DNA of 64,000 nucleotides, from assembly GCF_001194135.2 (NCBI RefSeq), contig NC_068994.1, positions 752,614 to 816,613 on the forward strand, in the 5' to 3' direction. Source of the stretch: Octopus bimaculoides. Taxonomy: Eukaryota. The notes under the pieces are model-generated. The model was not told where the DNA came from, did not search any database, and saw only the letters and a list, made by a program, of their open reading frames with translations. Shown here in pieces: positions 51,926 through 64,000 of this stretch (positions are counted from its first letter, which is position 1; every line of letters begins with the position of its first letter). The position numbers and the translations under genes are program-made.

Positions 51926-52247
51926 CACAACAAGCAACACAACTGCAAACACAACCCCAACAACAGAAACCTCCAGCTCCACCGCAGTCTCTCCCTTCAT
52001 CAGCACGACACCTCCCACAGCAACAAAAGAAAGTTAAGCTGGAGAGAGAACCTTATGTAATATCTACAAATTCTGGAGAGAGTGGTGGTTCACGAACTGA
52101 AATGAGCGAAATGCTTGTGAAACGTGAGGAGAGTAGGCAGGAAGAAGATGGTAGTCATCATGTTATATCTATTTTGACAGGGAATACAACAGTGCCAAGC
52201 ACTGAACCATTGATGTTTTTTAATGTTATCAAACCTAAAACAACAGG
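50800..52247 (+). CDS. First coding exon (482 codons plus 2 nt, phase-2 donor) of an unidentified, largely disordered nuclear/transcriptional regulator
   Basis: This is the only long non-repeat ORF (50779-52251). The acceptor TTTTTTGTTTTTTACAG ends at 50740, ATG 50800 has A at -3, and the donor is AGG|GTAGGT at 52247/52248. Motifs include MPPPKKPK (NLS-like), ILRRLF, EQPFDLTLK (PxDL[S/T]), VKSE/VKLE/VKRE (SUMO consensus), an Ser/Asn-rich tract and Q11 encoded by (CAA)11 at 51892-51924. Confidence 0.85.
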
Positions 52248-52684
52248 GTAGGTTTATGTTTCTTTTACATTTCTCTTTTTAATGACTTTAAAACAATATA
52301 TGTTGATCACCATCTCACCTGTGTGTGTGTGTGTGTGTGTGTGCGTGCTAAGTTTGAGAAAAGTATCAACATATATTTTGAAAATTATTTTCATTCTAAT
52401 GGTTTTGCCTTTGGTAGATTTCATGTTTTTTAAATGTATTTTTGTTAAACATGTGTTATTGATAAGTACGAGATAATCTTGAGTCAAAGATTTAGCATGT
52501 TTAATACTGGACATAAGCATAATAATAATTTCCGTATTAATAAGAATGGTAACCCTGTTGAGCTAATACCTTCAGCAGTTTTGGTCAGTCCTACCAACTC
52601 CCTAACCACAAGGGGAGGTAACTCAGTGATTTTACTACCACAAGGTTTCTGTTTAAATTTACTGTCCTCATCCAAACATTGATA

Positions 52685-52715
<31 letters not shown>

Positions 52716-53799
52716 ACACTCACACTCACACACACGACAGAGTTCTGCATAGTTTCTATCTAACAAATTTTACTCCCAGAGTTATTGGTCAATCTGAGGG
52801 TTAAAAGGAAGAAGGCGCTTCTACAAATGGTGTATTTGAACCCAGACCCACGTGGTAGTGAAGCAAACTTCTAAATCACACATCCATTGTATATTTAAGA
52901 CAAGATGATAGTTTGAAATGGTTAGTAAACAACAAAACCTGAATTTCAAAATGTGAAGATAATACATTTTCTGCATATAGGGTGGATTAAGTCAATGTCT
53001 CCCAACCTTTTTACTTTTAGAGAACTTTTATGACCAATGTTTGTGGTCTGTGCAAAAATGTTTCTTCGGCTGCATGTAGAAGCAACTGAACAACATCCAC
53101 AAACTTTTAACAGAAGATTTTATTGCTGCACATGAAGACAAACTGCATTGGCCTTTTACAGATAACAGCAGCAATAATGACATATTGGAAGAGATACACT
53201 GGCTGGAGTTGATGGCAGGCTGTTGATGCAGTAACCTGTGACTTGTCCCACTGGAAACAACAGTGCTGTATTTATGGGCGATAGAGGTTCTTGTCATCGA
53301 TCTGCACCATCTGTCTTAGCTGCCTTCCTGGGTCATCGCACTGGTAAAAATGTGTGCCAAACGGTTTTATAGGGAGAGGGAGAAAGGTAGGGATAATAGT
53401 AAGAGAGTATGATGGATGTCAATAAAAGAGAGGGTCCAACAGAGGGGGAAAGGTGGCTAGCAGTGTGGAAGGGATGGTAGTGGTGGTAAGAGAGAGCATG
53501 GGGGATGGGAAGAGGGAAGAATGTTAATAAAGGAGTGATATGAGGATGTTCATCGAATACATCAATAGATCGTTTGTAATCCCTTAGGAGAGAAACACTT
53601 GTGATTGCTACATGTTTGCTATGAAACAACTGTTGTAGGGTTAGGGTTAGGCATGGACTAGTGGAGAGATGAAGGGTATTGGATAGGCAAAAGACGTGGC
53701 AGATGGAGACTTAACAGGAACAAATTGAGTGAAGGACTCAGTTGTAGATGTGTGTTTTCGATATCGAAGCCCTGCTCCAGGACTAGCCTTATTTTAATG

Positions 53800-55560
53800 T
53801 ACATTTAACCATGCTTACTTGGGTGGATAGTCCAGCATTGTGTTCTATCAAATGTCACATTCCTTTATCACCTGCTTCATGAGATGCAGTATCTTAAGAT
53901 TAGGATTTGCTACTTTATCTCAAATCTTTCTTTGGTCTTCCTCTTCTCCAGGTTTTATTGAGTATATGACATTTCTTTATACAGCTGGAATCCTCCATGC
54001 ACATCACATGTCATTACTACCACAGTTTTGCACACTATATCTCATTCTTCTTCTATACAGCTTCTTTTTCTCCATCTTGTTAAAACTTTGTCATTCATGC
54101 TCATTAACACTACTCATGCTTGCTTCATTTTTTTTCTATTTTTGCAATTCATTTAAGGCCCATGATTTACTACATGCAACATCACATTTTGTACATAAGT
54201 ATCGTACAGTCTACCTTTTACTCTGAGGGAGAAATCCTTCAACAGAGGATTGCCAACAGAGGTAATAGCTCTCAGAACTACTTCCTATCTACCCTTATTT
54301 CTTGAAAACCCATTCCCACAGCTATTAGTTGATAGTTTCTGTTACCACTGTGGCCTGTTTCTAGTGAACCACATAGACATTTTTGAGAATCTAGTTCTTA
54401 AAGCTTATGGCTCCTTTGTACTTGCCCCATATGAAATCTATGGGCTTACACAATGGAATTTCTTCCTACCCTCCTTACACAAATCAAGCAAAACCATTTC
54501 CGTGATGGTAGTAAGGCTCTGTCTTCTTCCCTACTTACTAATAGTTTAGTCTTGAGTAAGACGAGGCCATTCAATTCTCGCTATTGCTTCCATATCTAGG
54601 TTTTTTCTCCAATTCCTTATAAATTCTACAAATTGGTTGTCAGCATAGAGGAGTTGCTATTGACACTGGTCTTAAACTCTTGTGTTATTGCTTGGAGAGG
54701 ATGCTAATAAACAGGTGGCTAGATGAAAATCGAGCCTTGATGGACTTGTAACTATATATATTAAATTTGTTACTCAACTCATTTGTAACTTTCATCTTGC
54801 TCACTGCACCTCTGTACATGACTTGTACAGCTCTTGCAAGCTATTCACCTACTTCTAGATTCTTTAGCAGCCACCAAAACCATGGAGCACAAGGCTCTGT
54901 GAAAAGCCTTCTCCAGGATGATGTATGCTAAGTATCATCTATTACTTGCATCTAGCTAAGTACTCCTATAATTGTTTCACTAGACAGATGACATCAGGAG
55001 TACATCTTACTGGCACAAAGCCAAACTACATCTCATCCAAGCTAAACCTGTTGCTAATCAATTTTGCTATAACTTTCATGATTTGAGCCAACAGTTTGGT
55101 GCCTTTGTTGTTTCTTTCTCCAGTGCATCCATTCTGCCCTTCTAAGTAGTTTGCAATGACGCTTCTACACCAGTCACTGGGTATTCTCTGAGTGAGCAGT
55201 GCAGTGACTAACCTGTACACTACTTAAACAAATAGTTTAGGCTTCTCACTGACTATCCTCAATAACCCAGCTGCTTTCCTTGTCTTCCATATCCTTAATT
55301 GCTCTGTCTACCATATTACTGTCAACTTGGATATCGGGTCCCTTTCTTGGCTCTACTCAGAGTGACCTTTCTCTCTTTCCTATTATTTCTCCTCATTCAA
55401 CAAGCTCTCAGCCTTTCCATGTCACTTTTTGGTATCAGTAAAAACAAGTGTGTTCTTTTCATTTTCTATACTCTTCTCCCTAGCAACATCTCAATTCCCT
55501 CTAGTACATGCTTCTGATGCTCACATTGCAGAACATGCAAACTTTTTCTTTTCTGCATTT
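53800..55560 (-). mobile_element. Decayed RTE-clade LINE ORF2
   Basis: IPSDWCRSVI..GTKLLAQIMKV..RFSLDEM, VHQGS (~54730-54750), QLLYADN (54636-54656), KWFCLICVRRVGRNSI (~54445-54498) and an RTE-type 3' end near 53810. Confidence 0.85.
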
Positions 55561-55780
55561 TCCCTTGCTAAGTGTACCTGAAGTTTAGCTTCTCTTCTAG
55601 CTCTTTGATATTTCTCTCTACTGCCCCTTTTCTTCCAGTTTTTCAAGACTTGTCTCTTAGCTTTTATGGTTCTGTCTACAGTACTTTTCCACCTTCACAT
55701 AGCCATGCTTTTAGCTGGGGCCATGTGCCAGCTTTAAATTTTATCTGCATCTCTCAGTAGGTTATCACATAAAAAGTCCT

Positions 55781-55781
<1 letters not shown>

Positions 55782-55837
<56 letters not shown>
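55782..55837. repeat. (CT)n microsatellite
   Basis: Pure CT run. Confidence 0.95.
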
Positions 55838-55840
<3 letters not shown>

Positions 55841-56169
55841 GTAAACAATTGACTCAGTTTTCTTACAGTTTGATACACTGCAACCTAATTGCAACAGTAC
55901 AGTGCATTACCTCAATACACTACTTACTATATATACATGGCATCTATATCAGTGTGTGTTACTGTCTCCTTGTTTTGACATCATGTGATACTTCTAGTCA
56001 TCTGTGGGAACATGTCTGGTCATGAGAAAATATTACCATTCTTAAAAACATTTGAGGGTTGGCAACAGGAAAGGTATCCAGCCATTTAAAATTTGCCTCA
56101 ACAAATTTCATTTGATCCATGTAAACTATGCGCACATATGTATTAAATAGTAGTGTAACTTTTGGAATG

Positions 56170-56202
<33 letters not shown>

Positions 56203-56212
56203 NNNNNNNNNN

Positions 56213-56247
<35 letters not shown>

Positions 56248-56294
56248 AGCACATGTATGAACCTGTAGTCTTAATTGCTGGTAAAGAGACAGTA

Positions 56295-56563
56295 TTTCAT
56301 TTTGCAACCATAATATACTACCAAATATATTACAGGTTTACAAGTCAATACTGTGTTGTATCTTGTGTATATATATTGCATTGTTGACATACATGTATTT
56401 CTTTATGAAATGTTGTAACTTGCAGTACTGGCTCTGAATTTTATAGAAAATCTTTAGAGATTAACTTTAAAATGAAAATATTGCTCTGTTAACACAAGGT
56501 AAGGCAGCATTGACTTGTAAACCTGTAATATACTTGGTAATATATTATGGTTGCATAATGAAA
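56295..56563. repeat. Long inverted repeat (fold-back)
   Basis: 56295-56349 versus the reverse complement of 56509-56563 match at 52/55. Looser pairing continues to 56368/56492. Confidence 0.9.
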
Positions 56564-59500
56564 CCTTGTATCTTTGTCAGCAGTGTGTACCACTCAGCAG
56601 GAATGGGTTGAATGTGTAAATTGGTCGATCCAACTGTTGCACTGCTTGACCTGGTGGGTATTTAAACAATGTTTGTGGATAGTTGATGGATTGGATGTGG
56701 TGCTGATGAAACTAATAACTCTGGGTGTATATGCAGCATATACACCACCCATCACCTATTTTTCTCTCTTTGATTACATTGTTTAAATACTCGTGTTTGT
56801 ATAAAAAATGTTGTGACTTGCAGTGTTGGTTCTGAATTCTATAGAAAATCTAGAGATAAACTTAGAAGTGAACCAATGGTCACATGTTGATATAATGGCA
56901 TACACAGAGTATGTGTGGGGCAAGTTATAAGGGAACAAAATAGAGAAATAACAGCATTGCAATTATGAATGTATGTATGTAATGTTGGGTTGTACAATGC
57001 AAGATGTCTGTGGTAGTACATGCCAGGGAAACTTATGGAGATATTTTTCTGGGAAATGTGTTAGGAGTGGAAGGGTGGTGTCATCAAAGTACTCGCAAGA
57101 CAAGATCCCTCAACTGAACGGAGTATAATATTAGGGGGTATGAAAAAGTATGATAGAGCAAGTGTCTTGTTGAGGAGGCAAACCAACACATGGCTTCTCC
57201 ATCTGGAAAGGGAGATCTAAAGTCAAGGTACAAGGGAAATATGAATGAAAAAAAAAAAGCACGATCTTTCTCTCTCTTTCTCTCTCCCACTCTAAATATC
57301 TGTCTGTCATCATCATCATTTAACATCTGATTTCCATGCTGGCATGGGTTGGAGCACCTATCTATTTATCTATCTGTTTGTCTTATACGCTTACACACAT
57401 CAAACTGGGGAGTTGTTTTGCATACTTACTACTCTACCTTTTTTGTAGGTGCATGTTTCTAGGCAAGGGAAGGAAAAATACTTGCCAGTAACTTGAAGTA
57501 GTTGGTAATGTAGATATGTGACGCTGAATTCCTGAACTTTGAAATATTAATGCTATCTACTGCCTGGGAGTCTTCAGTACTCCATTTTTGAATTGTTAGC
57601 CTCAAAATCTCACTGATACACATATATATATACACATATCCATTTGGGTGTGTAGATATGTGGAAATAGTGTGACAATGGGGGTAAAAAAAAATGTAGCT
57701 CATTTAGTCTTTTAAAGAAGAAATGTTGATGTTGGTTAAGAAGAGATGAGTGTCAGGATTCTTCCTGTTTGCTAATGATCACCCAATAAGAATTTAGTTT
57801 TATTCCAAAATATAAATTAAGTACAATTTAACAAGATTTTTGTAAACCTCTGTTGTTTGTCATTCTTATGAATGCTACTCTATATGGATTTCTTTGACTT
57901 GTGGGTTTGTCTTGTACATTATGAAACTGCATTGATAGATACGTATTTGATTGTGAGAGACATTACATTACAGAAGTAGAGGTTATAGAAATATATTCAC
58001 TCTGCAAAACTGTGTATATGCTTTGGTACCATATATGATTGACTGAAAGCAATAGATTGATGTATATACTCACATTAGTGTATGAAATTAGGCACAGTGA
58101 AGAAAGGAATAATTTTAGCTTTAAATCTTTTCCTGATCCCACCTAGAAATTCGCAACAAAACGTATCCCATCATTTATATATATTGCCTTTGTCACCATT
58201 TAAAACTAAGAGTTCTTGGAATCCTTAAATTTCTGTACTAATATTTACAGCTCCAAAGAGAAATTTTGATCTTTAAACATTGAGCTTACCCTGTTGAGTG
58301 TATTTATCATTAATTACACTAATTACTCATTTTAATAATCAGAATGTACAGTAAAATGTTGATAGGCTAATTTACTAACTGGAAATGCTAGAAACAGTGG
58401 AGTTTATTGATAAAGAAGAAAGAGCCTTTTCTCCAAATTCTATATGCCAAGGGAAATAACTCGATTGTTTCATTTAACCATGACTGAAACTCTTTTACCT
58501 TTTATAGAAACTGAATTGCTGGGCTGCACAAAGAAATATTTTGGCTAACTTAGACTTACATAATATCTAGTATAGTAGCCTGTATTAAGTGTATTGCAGT
58601 TTCTATCACAATTTGTTGATAATAAATCAGTTTTTATATCTCTTACTGAACAACAGCTATCATTTACTTTGGTGACCTCTTTACAACTACTTAGTTATTT
58701 TTAGAATTGATTTTTATAGCTTTAACTCTACATTGTCAGTTTGCTGGAGTTTTTGTTTTTTTATTATCAGTATATTTTATACAACATATGATGTGTTATT
58801 TATTATTTCTCAGCACAGTAACTCTAACCCACTAATAGTATGATACAGTTGTCAGTCTGAAACACACACACACACACTATCTTGTCAGTAATTATATTTT
58901 CTCTAAAGTCTCTTATAGTTTCTAAAATAGTTGGGCTTTAAAATGTTCATGACTATATTCATAAAACTCGTTATTATTTTCCAATGAAAACCCTTCAAAT
59001 ATAACAAGTCTAATATTGAAACTGCAACAGTGCTAAGTTTGGGGGATTGTTGAGTGATTTAGAAAAGAGACAAAAATCATAAGCAAATTTCTTCTTAATC
59101 ATTGTAAAGTTTAGTTTTCATCTGGAAAACACTTATTTCTTTAGGTATTTATTCAATAGATTGCATCAATTTATTTCAGTATATGATAAACAATGAATCC
59201 ATATGGTTAGCTATAAGTACGGTTAGACTGAAGTGAAATAAAATGCACTGGTTTATTGAAATATTTTCACTTTGGTTAATGATTGCAATGAAACAAGGGA
59301 AGAGGTGAAGTTACATTTCCAGCTCAAACATACGCAGTGGAACAAGGTTAATTCATTTGAATTCTGAATATTTATTGTCTTGTTAATTAACGTCTACTGA
59401 TGATATTATTAATGTCTGTAAATAATTATTGGATCGGGACTTTAGTTAATATTACTATTTACATTACAATTGAAGTTTGTACATTGGGTCATAAAATTCC

Positions 59501-60329
59501 TTCTCTTTTAAAATATGGTTTTAAACCTTCAGTTTCGATGCATTACCATTTTGATACCAACCCGCCTGCGACTGTCTTTGGTTCTCGAATACAAAGCTGT
59601 CCATTTTGAAATGTTTACATTTCAATTAAAACCTTCCCCTATAATTTTTATGTCAAAGTTTTTTTCTTATATTCCAAACACCAGCCTAATAATTTCAAAG
59701 TTAAATATTTTATCAAATCTCTCTGAATCAATTTCAACAGAATATGTTTCGTTAGAGACTGGGTGACGGAAGAGTTAGTAATTGTAGTATTATTTATACT
59801 TGAGATCTAACTTGAAATAATGGGGTGGAGAATAGAATGTTATTTTGATAAGTAACTCTTTTACCAGGATGTTATCACTGGGTCAGGGAAGGCTTATTCG
59901 TATAAACTATATTTGTTTTCATTACAACTAAATACTTTTAGCCGTTGAAATTTTAAGTTTCCTTCAAATACAAATGTTAAAATTTGCTAACAGATATTTA
60001 AAAGACATTTTATTAAAGATAGCTTTATAGATAGTTCAGAATATTTTTGCCACTCTCAATAGGCTTACTGCTGTACAACTTCAGACTGCTACTTGCTGCG
60101 TGAACCATTACTCTCCACCGCTGCAGTGCATTTTAGTAATAGTGCACCAAGCTGTCATTGTTAAGCGCAGGTTTGCATGAGCTGCTATATAAGAGATGGA
60201 CTCTGCTGAGCTTTTATGTGGATGTGCATGTTCATGTGAGTGTGTGCGCATGCGTATATAAGCATATGTGTTTTGTACAATTTTGTAGAAACATGCATTT
60301 TCCTATTTCCATCTATATGTAATAGTAAC

Positions 60330-60362
<33 letters not shown>

Positions 60363-61330
60363 GATGATGATGATGAAAAAACTGGGTACAGCTAGTCATC
60401 TTTATTAAGATCAATGTGCAGTGTCGGTTGTATTCCTCTTGGTTTTGCTAAAAAAACATCTTTCTTCTTCATATGATGTCACCAGATTGAATGGATGTTT
60501 GCGCCATCTGCAAGTTGCAAGCATTTCTAGGGTGAAGTAATCAGAAATATTTCTTAACCTTTATTTTTAAGCTGACCTTCACAGGAGAATATCTCAATGT
60601 TTTATTCTATTATATATTTTATGCTGACATTATTCGTTGACATTTTCACATGCTATATGTTTTAAAATCATTTAAAATTCTTACCAAAATGTATTCTTTC
60701 ACCCTGACCAAAATTTTAAATACTTTTCTGTAAGATATAATGTGTCTATATAAATATATCTGCAGCTAGTTGTGTGTGTGTGTGTGTGTGTGTGGAAAGG
60801 AGAGCTCTGTCTCTCTCTCTCTGTCTCTCTCTCTCCCTCCCCTTTCCCCCTATACGCACACATTAATGCAACCTTTATGTGTATGCAGAAAAGTGTGATA
60901 GGGTTGATGTGCTTTTGAATTAGTTTACTGTAGCAACACAGAATTACGATAATTTACTTGAAACGTGTTGGAATTGCAAGCTGTGGTAGTGTTGTTGATG
61001 TCAGTGCTTTAATGGCAGTCCGTCTGTTGGTTTAGGATATCATGAAGTTTGTAGAGCTTTGTTTTGTTATAATATTATAACACTGACTTTCTTTTATTAA
61101 GGCAGATAGAGAGGGAACTGGTTTGCATTAAAGACACAGCCTTTAACTGCAATATTTTTAACATTTTAGCAATCTGAATAAAACCTTCAATTCACAAATA
61201 TTTTCCAAATCATTTTTAAAAGATGTTTCATCATTCTACCTGTGTATTAACTACCTGCACTTGCATGCACACCACCACCACCACCACCAAGTACCAATCA
61301 TGTATATGCACATCAGATACCAGTACACAT

Positions 61331-61369
<39 letters not shown>

Positions 61370-61508
61370 TATTCATATACACACGACAACAGATATCAGT
61401 ATGTACATATATTCACTACCTGTACACTCACACATACACACACACACATGCACTACAGCAGCTACCGCTCTTTCTCTCTCTCTATGTATTTATGTGTATG
61501 TGTGTGTG

Positions 61509-61539
<31 letters not shown>

Positions 61540-61545
61540 ATAGAG

Positions 61546-61591
<46 letters not shown>

Positions 61592-62685
61592 AACAATATC
61601 AACTAGTTGTACTAATGTATGTGTAACTTTCCAGTTTATTATAAACTGCTGACTTCTTCATTGAATATTTCATTCCTGAGATTTGTTTCTAACCTACCTG
61701 ATACAGAAAATGTTTGACCTAAGATTTAGTTTTAAAGGAAAAGTTAGTTACCTGAACAATATATTTTCCCTAGATACAAATAATACGAAAAAAAAAATTT
61801 TATATGATATTTCTGTACTGATTACTTCTCTAATAATTGGGGATATTTCTTCAGTGATTCTAGTTTTGAAGAAAACCCATGACAGTATAATAAAAATATT
61901 TGGTCCTTTTGTCATAGAAATTTATGTGACAGTCAAAAATTTTCTAGTAGTAGTTGTCTAAGTCATCAGGAGTGTTCCCATCTTTGGAAAGCTCTTTCTA
62001 CATGTATAGAGATAAGGAAGGTTCATATTATTATACCTTACACCAATATCATTGATTTTAGTTTTCCATGTTTTTGTCTATGTATTTCAATTTCTCGGAA
62101 TTTATTTCAAGGCATTCTAAAGACTTATTAGCGTATTTTCAATTAAAAGTTTAGACAAAGATTACTGGTTATTAAATGAGTTCATGGGAATACTTTGTGG
62201 TAAAGCATTTTAGCATAAACACATGTTTTCACACATGCGCACTTGCAAACTACACACGTTTTTACAAATAGTCATGGCGCTGAGTTTACATTTTCTTAAA
62301 AGTGTGTAAATACATTTCATATATTTGGAGTAACTTCTGATTGTGATAGTTTAAAGGGGAGGGGTGATTACCTACTGATGAAAACTGATGAATTTTTAGC
62401 AGATTCTTGATATGGGTTCAGATATTGCCATAGTTCACCTTAATTCCTGTTAGGCGATGATCTTAATGTTGTGTTGAATAAATAAGCCAGTGCCAGCAAA
62501 GTAATGGTCTGTTAGCAGTGACTCAACGTCACCCAGCTGTGACTACCTTCAGATTATCAACTGTATAATGATAATGTCTGGATTCCTATCTTCATCCAAC
62601 ACATGTCACCTAGCATGGGAAATTGGTCAAAAGTATGGGGAGATAATTCCAAACATTAATCAATACAGATAAAAGATAAAAAGCA

Positions 62686-62770
<85 letters not shown>
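62686..62770. repeat. (CA)n microsatellite followed by (TA)n
   Basis: Long pure CA run. Confidence 0.95.
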
Positions 62771-62775
<5 letters not shown>

Positions 62776-63491
62776 ACATATATATATATATATATATATA
62801 GATATATAGATATGTATATATATAGATATGTATATCTATATATATAGATATATTTGTGCGTGCGTGCGTGCGCGTATATATGTATGTTTGTGTGTGCGCA
62901 TGTGCATGTGTGCATGCGCACCACAATATCTCTTGTTAACATAATTTTGTTCCAGAGTATATTCATAGCTTCTATAGGTAGGTAAGTGCAATGAAAAGTG
63001 TCAACTGTGTACTAGTGTTACTTCAACATATTGTTAAGTCACCTACTCTAATACATTGCTGACATTTTCTTTTTAATCCGTTTTTATGATGATAATGTTT
63101 TCAGTTTTGACTGTTTCAATTGAAGATTTAGTGTTTTTTCTGCTGCTAGCTTCTTTCATTGAGCCTTGTTAGTGTAATTTAGCTGCCAGTTGGGTAACAT
63201 AGATCATATTTTACTAAAGAGTAACTCTATTCCTACGTGCATTATATTACTTAAATAGTGGACTATCAACTGGTTTCATAGAATGAGTTTATCAATGAAT
63301 GTCTATATAACGTTATCATTATAATGATAAGATGAGGGCGAACATTGCGCTTGGTGGAAGAAATTTTCTGTCTTTCAACTGTAAATTTATACTTCTTCTG
63401 TAATGAATTTTAAAAAATGTGTAATATGTTATGATAGTGGACAGTTGTTTGAGTTAGAATATAAGGGAAGGTGCGGTTGTAACAAATATTG

Positions 63492-63706
63492 GTTTCAAAT
63501 TTTGGCACAAGGCCAGCAGTTTTGAGGTAGGGGTAAAATGATTATATTGACCTCAGTGTTCGACTGGTACTTATTTTATCGATCACCAAAAATGAAAGAC
63601 TAAGTCAACCTCGGGAGCATTTGAACTCAGAACATACACTCACAAGAAATGCCGCTAATCAGTTTTCGTAGTGTGTTAACAATTCTGCCAGCTCACCGCC
63701 TTAAGA
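63492..63706 (-). mobile_element. SINE family C with a 14-bp target-site duplication
   Basis: TGTAACAAATATTG occurs at 63478-63491 and 63707-63720, flanking a family C body ending ATTCTGCCAGCTCACCGCC. Confidence 0.88.
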
Positions 63707-64000
63707 TGTAACAAATATTGAATAATGGTATTAGTAGAAATATAAATTTAGTGTGTGAAGACGGGAGGGGTGGGGGAAACTCTCCCCCACGTACATTAGA
63801 AAACTAAAAAAAATTCAAAAAAAAGAGATCAAAATCCAAAGAAACTTGATTTAAGTTATATTGATAACTGTAGAGTTAATAGTTGTGTTTCAGCAAAGAA
63901 AATCTGCTTTCACCAATTCAGTTGGTTCTTTGGAAACTAAAATATTTAAAATCTGTATATGAAGCAGAATTGTTTCAGAACATTTCTTTGTGCTTCAAAT

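Noticed and set aside
50877-52060. Antisense and alternate-frame ORFs overlapping the coding exon
   Set aside because: They are shadows of the low-complexity (AGT)n/(CAA)n coding sequence, with no independent splice or start support.
50800-52247. Naming the CDS as LCoR/E93, BCOR or a nuclear receptor
   Set aside because: The short motifs are shared by many regulators and no diagnostic domain is in the window.
60186-60193. TATATAAG as a TATA box of an internal promoter
   Set aside because: The motif is common in this AT-rich sequence and there is no downstream exon or ORF support.

Overview
This window is AT-rich eukaryotic genomic DNA with three large assembly gaps and one small one, abundant (TA)n/(CA)n/(GA)n microsatellites and a dense load of decayed transposons. 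The repeat families resemble those I associate with octopus genomes; this is an inference, not checked by search. Only one host coding sequence is supported. It is a 1.5-kb plus-strand exon (acceptor at 50740, ATG at 50800, donor after 52247) encoding the disordered N-terminus of an unidentified nuclear regulator with an NLS-like start, a PxDL[S/T] CtBP-type motif, SUMO consensus sites and poly-Q. A probable non-coding 5' exon ends at a strong donor at 12923 inside a ~6-kb transposon-free island, which would imply a ~38-kb intron. Mobile elements include several RTE-clade LINE remnants (three carry a PHD-like Cys-rich insert), a CR1/L2-type LINE, Tigger/pogo, mariner and piggyBac pseudo-transposases, two Helitron-like elements and at least three SINE-like families. 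There are no rRNA, true tRNA or CRISPR features. I cannot establish a new biological system from sequence alone. The best unexplained structures are a cluster of fold-back repeats at 56295-56875, linked by an identical 16-mer to a second fold-back at 7473-7686, a 5'-inverted RTE LINE with twin-priming geometry, and an in-frame uORF/UGA arrangement ahead of the coding exon. Repeat boundaries were set by eye and are approximate unless exact motifs are quoted.
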